NCBI GenBank assembly: GCA_030141605.1
Contig: JAQGDQ010000243.1
Location: forward strand, 1 to 64,000
From: Tubiluchus corallicola
Taxonomy: Eukaryota; Animalia; Priapulida
Direction: 5' to 3'
DNA length: 64,000 bases
Shown here: one piece after another, positions 54,894-64,000 of the stretch
Position numbering within the stretch: position 1 is the stretch's first letter
Layout of the letters: each line of letters opens with the position of its first letter
Made by a program: the position numbers and the translations under genes
Notes under the pieces: model-generated
What the model saw: the letters and a program-made list of their open reading frames with translations, nothing else
Databases searched by the model: none
Told to the model about the DNA's origin: nothing

Positions 54894-57570
54894 TGTAATA
54901 CACCTTTCAGCACAAGACAAATCATCACACATAAGACGTGAAATGAACAGCACATATAATTTTGTAAAAAGCACCATTAGTCAGACACGATGGCACCAGA
55001 CTATATAGACTGGTACTTTGTAGCGCAACAGTTAACACAAACTTTTTTTGCTGAAGACAGTGACGATATTGAATAGCCACACCTGTTGCAGGAACCGCTG
55101 TTTAATGTCTGGGAAGCCAAGCATCTGTCAAAAGACTCAGAACACTCGGGTTTTTTATGAATAAAACTTTAACACGTCCTTTAATCGCTTTAAAAAATGG
55201 TTTCCGTATATCGGAAATTCGGTTAAGCAGATTGACATTCAGAGTCACTTTCGACAATTACACAGCTACACAATTACACACAACCCACAATTACTGAAAT
55301 CAAATCACAGACAAAAGTCCCAATGTCTGAATCAACAAAGTAAAAAACCCGTGTGATAAAACGATGTTTTGAAGCTTTGGACTAATTTGCTGATTGACTT
55401 CAATTCACAATCTAATTTACGGAAACGAAAAAGAAGTTAAGTTTTTTATGTGTGGACGCAGTTAAAGTTGTTGCAAAAATGGTAGGTAGACCTACTTTGA
55501 TCCCACGCTAACTATGTAAACCTGTACCTGGTATCTGCAACGCTTTTACTCCAACATTTCTACTGTATTACGCACGATACATTGACAAGCTTAAATCGTT
55601 CCTATATTACTGTCATCATATTTTTTAAAAACAATTACTGCCATTTAAATTACTTATTTATTAATCATGTACTATTATAGTCATAAAGCAAGCAAGTTGA
55701 ATTATACTCGTCGTTGCTACATTTACTGTAATGCACTAATTGCTGTCTGAAATAAATCGAACTGAACTGAATTGTTTACTGAGTTTGAAAGTGATATTCT
55801 AGGGAAATTTTATCCAGCAAAAATTGCGCAGTTAAACTTATTGCAAAAAAGGTAGGTAGACCTACTGTGATCCCAAACAAACTATGTAAACCTGGTGGCT
55901 ACAACGATTGGACTCGCTTACATTCCATAAATAAGCATTAAAACTCATTGAATTCAGTCACTTGAATCTTCAACGATGTACATTATGACAATGTCAACCA
56001 GAGTAAGATGTTACTTCCCGCGTTTCCTTAGCCTACATCTGTACTGCCCAATGTCTTAACAAATCCCTACTACATAAACCTAAAATTATATGACTGAATG
56101 TTTGTTCAGCAGTTACTTATAGAGCTGATCCATCTTTGGCAACTTTTTCGAAATTTTTATCAAATTAAATTTGTGGGATCATCAAAATGAACCTCTCCAT
56201 CTCATCTTGTGTTTTCCGTTTGATAAGTTACAAGTTCTCGACTATCTTCCCCCAAATTCAGTTTCTTTCAACATCAGCCAAGAAGTTATTTACGCTAAGA
56301 ACTTATGTTGTTTGGACAAAAATGATTATTTAAACGGACAAAAGACGGCAAGGATCTGACTCACTGACCAGCAGCTGAGAAGCTTCAGTATTGAGTCAGT
56401 AAACTAACGACTCTGAACTAGCAAAAAACAATACACTTTATAGACACAACAGTGCTAATGTGATACCCACGCGATGCTCACTCGTAAATAAACTTCGCCC
56501 GCCCTCTTCTCTTTGTCCATGCAGCTCACCATCCTAACCACTATTATTGTGCTGGAATTGGCAGATTATTTTACGCACACGTGTGTGTCTTCTCTTACGT
56601 GACGGGACATAGACACCCCACAGTTTAGCAACCCTACGTGATAATGGCCAACATCATGTGAGCTAAGTTACTTCTCGTCTGCGCACGCGCAAATGCATTA
56701 ATTTAACAGCAAACTTTCACGCGATTATTGTAAAAATTAGGCAATTAAAAAACTGCACGCTCATTTATGGCAGGCAGTACTTTGAAAACAAAGGTTTCAA
56801 CTCCCGGCCGGGCTTCACGTATTAAACTTCACACACCGCAGATTACTTTTGCTTTACTGGTGCTTTGGTAGATGTATGACCAATTCCAAAAGTCTTCGCT
56901 GTGCATAATGCACTCGAAGTGCAATTAATCAACAAAAACTGATTCTCATTTAACTTCTGAAGGAGCCTGTTTTATCTATCAAAACGGAACGGAATGGAAT
57001 GGAATGGAGTGGAGTGGAACGGAATGGGGTGGAATAGATATAATAGAATGGATACGGCAGGACATGGCATGACAAAACAGGACAGGAGAAGACAGAACAG
57101 CAGAAAAGATAAGACAGAAGAAGGGTGGACAGGACAGAACAGAACAAAACAAAATATACCGATTAATCCTCTCAAACGCCAATGTTGAAAAACGTCGGCA
57201 GACTGGTGGCGCTACGTGTATTTGTTATTCACAACTGATCCACGTCAATTAGAAGCCATTGGGTTTTAAGAACAAATACGTTTAGACTTCAAAAATCTTT
57301 TTGTTAATTACAATTTCCCTGTTTTTTCTTTTTTTTGTTAGAAACGGCAGGCAGTCGATCCTAATCAGTCAGAAATGTTGTAAGCTACCGCACAGAGGTG
57401 GCCTACAGAGAGGAAGCCAATAATAGCTGAAGAAAAGAATGTAGTCAGCAGAGCAGAACTATTTAATAAGTCTCATACTAATGACTAGCGACTTGTTTAA
57501 TGTGCACCTTTCCGCTTATAGTCGCGCCATGTATAGACTGCAAATACTAAAAAATACGTTAGCAGTGAAC

Positions 57571-57930
57571 AAATTAGTAATTATTAACACACCACAAACA
57601 ACTATTGACATCTAACACATTTCATATAATTTGATAAGATCGTAAGTAGTCATTTCGTGGTGCTTGTCTGGATCACTTACAATGGAGTTGACGATAATCG
57701 ATTTCGATCGAATGGATTAATTTACTGCGTAGTTTATTTATTTATTTATATCAGTTTAAAAAAATTAGTCATTATTAACACACAACAAACAATTATTGAC
57801 ATCTAACACATTTCATATAATTTGATAAGATCGAAAGTAGTCATTTCGTGGTGCTTGTTTGGATCACTCACAATGGAGTTGACGATAATCGATTTCGATC
57901 GAATGGATCAATTTATTTATATCAGTTTAA
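57571..57930. repeat. ~191-bp tandem duplication
   Basis: AAATTAGT.ATTATTAACACA... occurs near 57571 and 57762. Confidence 0.9.
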
Positions 57931-60626
57931 AAAACAGCATTGCGTACGCAAGGAAAATTTTTATACAAACTTTCACAATTTCACAAATAAGTTCAAAACA
58001 TAATTAAAATCTTTGTAAAACTCTAAAAGCGTGTGTTCAGTGCCAGATGGTTATATCTAAACGCTTCAAATGCGCCAATTTAAACAGTTTTCACATACTT
58101 GCATAAACACTGCAATCATCGTTAGCTAGCTGATGCTACAAAAAACAAGCCGTTTGTCCGAAAAACAGCAAATTTTCTTTGATATTTATTTAATTTCACA
58201 TCTAGGCAGATGTTGTAGATTAGAACAGCACGAAGGCATTACTCTCCTCTATTCTTGTTAGTGTTACTGCTGCCGCACGTGCAAGAAAGAAGCCAGTAGC
58301 ACTTTGTAATCTTTTTGTAACATTACAGAGTGGCTTCTTTTTTTCCTTTGGCATATAATGCCTCTGTTTTCAGTACTACAAGCGTAAAGCGTTTTCACTA
58401 CTAAGCACCACGTAAGCTTCATTTTTGTCGTAGTACAAAATGGCTTCTTTAATAGCTGGCATGTAATTGTCCAAGTTCATACCAAGCAGCAACAACTGCA
58501 GCAATGAAAAAATGCCATGTCATTTCTTTTTTACTTGGCAGTACAGCTTTAAATTTTAGATAGCGCCAATTATAAATTCGCTTGTTTTTTAACACAACAA
58601 AAAAGTATTTATACACAACTGTTAGTGAACCTTCAATGTGACGAATGTAGTTGAAACGCCCGTGAATATATACGTATTAATTGGTATTTGGATATCAACC
58701 TTTGGCTATACCATGATCGCAAATTATACTTCATGTCAATTAATAAACTCTTAAATTAATTAACGGCCTAAAGATAAAGAAAACAATTTCATCATTTAAA
58801 ACAATAAACTTCAACGTGGTTACTCATCAATTTTTAACGTGACGCAATGTGGGGTATATTACGCATAATAAACCATGAGTTATAATACTGAAGCCAAAAG
58901 AAGAACCTATATCGCATGAAGCACAAATTTGACCTACATTCAAAAATGATAAACTTGTGAAGCTTGGAAAATAGATTTGTTTCTGCTTGGTGAGTTAAAA
59001 AAGTTGTCCTCTGTTCCACATTTTAAAAAATAAGCCAGGGATCTTCTAGACGTTGCTGGTGTGCTGCTTTTAAAAATAGGGCTTTTTCGTGATACATGAT
59101 GCATGAAGCAATGCATTTTTATATTGTCACTAGTTTTCATAAGACACCACAAACACTTTTGGTCGGATAAAAGTGTACATAAAATAAAACGTTGTTCTCG
59201 ATTTATAACTTATACTTATAGAAGTCTTTCAACTTGTAAAAGACTCAACTTACATAAGTGACTTAACAATTATTAATTACATCTGCAAGTCTTATTAGAC
59301 AGAAATTCTAAAACAAATTAAGTTAGTTTTATGCCAAATTTAACTCATAGTTCATAGACCACGGCAATTCTCGGTTTGTAAATCCAGTAGTTTTGTATCA
59401 TAATTAATTTTAAGTAATGACATGCAGATTAGAACTTAGCTTCTAACTTTCGATTTCGTTATTTGTTTCAGACATGCAGATTAGAACTTAGCTTCTAACT
59501 TTCGAATTCGTTATTTGTTTCAAACTTACACGTTTCGTTAAGACTTCAGAATCCTACGTACGGTGACGAAAAGTACTCAATTCAAGCATTATGATGCGTG
59601 ATGGTGGGCTTCCAAAATATGCAGCAATTGGCTCAACTGCAGCAGCTTATCACATCCACAGACATCGAAAACAAACACTGAACAACTAACTATTGTGTGA
59701 GCGCGCACAATGCCCGCATCCCACGGTTACAGGGTATCACTTCACGATCATCAGCCTCCTCGGTTGCCATGCGCGAAGAGAAGTCGTCCCAGCATCTGGT
59801 ATGCAGTGTGTGGAGGAATGCAGGCGAACACCGCGCAATTGTTCAAGCCAATGACACTGGTGATTATATAAAGCCCATTTACAGCGCGCAGAACACAAAC
59901 AATATCGCCGCCATATGCTGCCAAACGTCGAAACAAGTGAAACCCAACCCCAGACAAGAAAGTAGACACACAGTTGGCAACATAACAATAAGCGCCTGTT
60001 CGGTAATAAGTATGGCTGTGCAAGCGAATGAAACAAGCGCGTTAAACAATTCATGCTGTTCATGTGTGTGCATGAACTGGACAAGCAAGAAAACAAAGCA
60101 CGGTCAGAAGTGATAATGCCCAAACAACAGCGGAGTACTTCACAAACTTGTGCAATGAAAATAATTGCTTAATGTCTAGCAGGAAACGTAAGAAAAACGT
60201 CAAATACAGCCTAAAAGTATTATAAAATGGCGGAGTGTAAAACAATGAAGCAAGTGAAGACGATCAATATTGAAATTGGAACATTGATTTTATTCAACAG
60301 TAAGTAGAATCTCAAACCTTATCCTGTGTATCTCAAGCACAGAAAGACAGATTTACGCTCAAAAAGTGACTTTTTTTATTTTTTCCTTTATAATTCGTAA
60401 AGTTGACTTAATGTTTGTGTGAAATCGCAAAGAAGAGACAAGAGATTGTCGAAAAAGCACGTGCCAGCCCCGTATAGTTCCCGCATCGTCAGCCGAAATT
60501 TTCCTCAGAAATTGCACAAAGTCAACAAGGCCACTTTAAGACATTTTAAATTAAGAAAATGCTGCGTCTAATTCACTATACAATTATAATTCATTTACAG
60601 TTTACTAAATTTCATCACATTTGAAT

Positions 60627-61090
60627 ATAGACTTAACTATCACTACATACAGTGCAATTCTAATGTTAGAAGATTTTCTATTAAATACAATGGCCCCTAC
60701 ATATGGAATTCAATTGCTCCAGCTATTAAAAATGCCAACTCGCTGTCCATATTTAAAAAAAAATTATAAATTAAACTTACTTGAAACATATAACTGATTA
60801 CTCAATCATGATTTGTTGTTTTTCATTTTCAAAAGCTTCCCCCTCTAGTATAGTAATATTTTTATTACTTCCCACCCGTATTTATATTTGTATATATTGT
60901 AATATTGTATCTGTATATATTGTAATTTTTTTCGTAACTAATTCTTGTGGCCTACCATAAGCTAGCTTCTTAGGTCTCTAGCGCAGAATTCATGAATTGT
61001 ATTATATTTTTGTATTAACAAAAACTGATTATCGATGCACATGTAATGTATATGTATATGTTTATTGCGAAATAAATCTATTAAATCTAA
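60627..61090 (+). mobile_element. LINE family B, copy 4
   Basis: Reverse complement of the other family B copies; ends AATAAATCTATTAAATCTAA. Confidence 0.85.
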
Positions 61091-61399
61091 GAATACGAAA
61101 TCTGTTAGATAACGAAAATGTCATAAACTCGCGTACTTTCGAGTAGTGAATTTCCGCAGTGAACCGATTATACAATTCAATGCTACCTTTCTAAGTTTTA
61201 CATTTTTGGTTGGGGTCTCTGGGCCTTTTTCGAAACTGGCACTTTTCACCACTTGCATAAAAATTTGAACGTATTTAAGCACGTTACCTATGCTGGATAT
61301 TTCAATAATGTTAAGAATTTAATAAGCGTTTGTGTATAATCCTATTATTATTACTACTATACTTTTCATTTCAGGCAAAATGTATAAAGATAAAACTAA

Positions 61400-61550
61400 C
61401 GAACCGCTGCAAGTTTCTCTTGTGAGTGCTTTAATCATAAAGCTAGTCGTAGCTATCAAGTCAGCTACATCAAGTAGGTATAAAAAACACTTGATAGCTA
61501 CGACTAGCTTTATGATTAAGGCACTCACAAGAGAAACTTGCAGCGGTTCG
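61400..61550. repeat. 62-bp near-perfect inverted repeat with 27-nt loop
   Basis: Arms 61400-61461 and 61489-61550, one mismatch. Confidence 0.95.
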
Positions 61551-62944
61551 CTATATTGCAACACATGTATGCTCAGAGGGAAACTTCAGCGAACTAAAGT
61601 ATGTTTGAAAAGGGCCGTCTGAATTCCGCCCGAGTCAACCGCCAGAGACACGATGTCAGGAAATGTCTGTCTATCCTTGTACAGAAGAAACAGAAAAGAT
61701 TAGATAAAAACTGTCAAAACCATGAGAAAGAACATTAAATTTTGGGTAAAGAACACCAAATGGACTGGAGTACGATTCATTTCACTTTCTCAAAGGGAAT
61801 TGTGGCCCTAACCTCTTCCTCAAGAACTGTGTTGATTTTTGATTTTTAAAATAAGAAGTGGAAATAATTTGAAAAACACTTTAAATAAGAAATGTTATAG
61901 CAATTAAAATTCTGTATAGTGAGTAAAAATGCGTTTATACCTACATATGATAATTTTAAGTATAGCCAGTTAGTCATTTCCCGACACCATGCTGCATTAA
62001 TTTCAGTCTAGAGTTAGACTATCGAGAAATAATTGACATTAACTTTAATAACAACGTAATTTATTTTAATTTTCCAAAGCCAGTTACATGCCCACTTCTA
62101 ACTTCTTATTGGTCTTTTACAAATTAAATAAAATTAACTAAAATTGTAAATTAAAAAAAGAATTAGTTCTATTTCTTAAAAAGTGACGGACCGTTGACCT
62201 TCTAAACTTAGTTTTCAAGTTTTACATGGGGTTTTTTTTAACCGTGAACTCTTTATACAACGAAATTACAAGTACACGTTACAAAAATTAAAGGAAAGTT
62301 ATATGAGCTGCACATTTTGTTTTCAATAGTTTTGTCCTTTAACAAAACTGTGAGCAAATCGAAACTCCTAATAACGCTTGTACATTTAACCAACATTTAG
62401 CCAGTATTTAGCCAATAGATGGCGACGGTTAACTTTAGCTCTTAAACGGGTTGGCGAAATGGTTTTGCAAAAACTTGATGCCAACGCAGAATTAAACGTG
62501 TTAAAGATTCGCCTATTCTCAGGCTGGTGTGTTGAACGCGGCATGCGTCATTGCAGATATCACACGTCAAACGGGTTATGATTAATTCTCGACGAAAAGA
62601 ATAGTGGACTGTAAATTTTATTATTTTTCTGCTATTTTTCTGCTTAGTTTTTATATCATTCATTGTATTTATAGTCAATATACTATGCTTCCACTACTAT
62701 GCGTACTCAGTGTGTAGCGAACACTTAAAGCACTAAAGAGCTAGTCAATTTTTTCTCCTCTGAGCCTAGACCTCATTTCCTTTCTACTTTTCGTTTCAAT
62801 TCATATCTTATTTTGTTCGTTACTTATTTGTGGTGCTAAAAATTGGGCAGCCTAAATATCGCATGTCTGTGCAGAGCTAATGCTATAAAAAAACAGCGAT
62901 CTAGTTAGTCTAATATAATATTAGTGTAATATACAGCTAGCTGT

Positions 62945-63026
62945 CGGGATGCCCACACTGTATCTCGACACTAGGCGGAGGAGCTGCACAAGCAGCCAAC
63001 GGCTAGAGGGCGGAGGCGGTCAAGTG
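62945..63026 (+). mobile_element. Headless fragment of the 5S-SINE body
   Basis: CGGGATGCCCACACTGTATCTCG...GGTCAAGTG matches 3636-3714. Confidence 0.85.
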
Positions 63027-63134
63027 GTCAAGTGTAAGCCACAAACAATTTATGAAAAAAGACAAGTGAGACGTAAAAATGATAATTACACACATTTATA
63101 TGCATAAATTTACTATTTGTAGAAAACTACAAAC

Positions 63135-63207
63135 AACCAAGCCACTGGGGGGAGGCAAACCAGCCCAACTCAGTACCGGTCCCAAGCCCGGATAAATAGG
63201 GAGGGTT
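63135..63207 (+). ncRNA. Twister ribozyme at the element 5' end
   Basis: AA-CCAA-GC-C-ACTG...CAGT-A-CCGG-TCCC-AAGC-CCGG-ATAAA-TAGG-GAGGG-TT; two substitutions relative to the three-copy core consensus. Confidence 0.85.
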
Positions 63208-63713
63208 AGGGTCAGGAAGGGCATCCACCTGTAAAAACTGCGCCAAAATCGTCTATGAATGAGTCAGTGAGACTTAAAGGTAAAGTCCACAAAGAAGGGG
63301 TCAGACCCGCTCTAATCTATGGGCTGGAAGCAGCTTCTCTAAAGAAAACCGAAGAGAAGAAAATGGATGTGGTGGAGATGAGGATGTTGAGATGGATGGT
63401 GGGAATAACAAGAAGAGATAAAATTAGAAATAATAATATCAGAGGAACAGTAAAAGTAGTGGAAGCCTCGCAAGATTGTGAAGGTATGGACACCTGAAAA
63501 GAAGAGTCGGTGAGGATCATGTGGGAAGGGAGGTCATGGAAATGGAAGTGCTGGGAAATAGAAGAAGAAGACGACTCAAGCGGAGATGGATGGAATGTAT
63601 TAATGGAGACCTTAGAGAGAAGAACATAAATGAAGAGATGGTCATCAACAGGAATGCGTGGACAAGACTCATTCACAACGGCGACCCCGCATAGGGAAAA
63701 GCTGGGAAGAAGA
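63135..63713 (+). mobile_element. Twister-headed non-autonomous RTE-derived element, copy 3 (longer subtype)
   Basis: Perfect 14-bp TSD AGAAAACTACAAAC at 63121-63134 and 63714-63727; carries an extra ~90-bp RTE segment (RVMEMEVLGNRRRRRLKRRWMECI). Confidence 0.93.
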
Positions 63714-64000
63714 AGAAAACTACAAACGATTTCTAAAAACAATGAACACAAAACGTCAAAGCGTCACATTTTTAGTTAAATGAATTAGTTCCTGCTGGAG
63801 CACGGTGCACATAAAAATAAACTCCGTTTGCATTCTATATTGAATATAAATTAGTACATCGTATTCTATAAATTAGCGTGTGCGAATAAAATGAAGCCAT
63901 ACTACCTGTATAAAATGTCTGCGCAGAATGACTAACAATACACCTTCTATTTTCGTGTCACGATGTGCGTAGATGTACAAATGCATTAAAAGTTACTCAA

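Noticed and set aside
59697-60123. Overlapping 90-138 aa ORFs as a gene
   Set aside because: No recognisable domain, non-ATG starts, no exon chain
61319-61622. Mirror-image ORFs on both strands
   Set aside because: Artefact of the 62-bp inverted repeat

Overview
AT-rich, repeat-dense animal genomic DNA. It is probably a lophotrochozoan-type invertebrate, inferred only from the 5S-derived sequence and the invertebrate-type SoxD protein. One host gene is supported: a SoxD-group (Sox5/6/13-like) HMG-box transcription factor on the minus strand. It has 8 coding exons between 51868 and 33350 with consistent splice phases (1884 nt, about 627 aa), and upstream non-coding exon(s) that I could not locate. 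The rest is transposon-derived or tandem repeat: RTE, CR1/L2-group and I/R1-group LINE 3' fragments, hAT-type, piggyBac-type and unassigned MITEs, a solo LTR, minisatellites and many microsatellites. Most ORFs in the supplied track are artefacts of these repeats. The most interesting signal is three TSD-bounded copies of a ~0.5 kb non-autonomous RTE-derived retroelement that begins with a twister ribozyme; all three start at the predicted scissile position. Next are a full-length-5S-headed SINE with a highly structured, pseudoknot-capable body, and a solo LTR carrying a heat-shock-element array in front of a TATA box. All calls were made by eye; no database searches or folding software were run.
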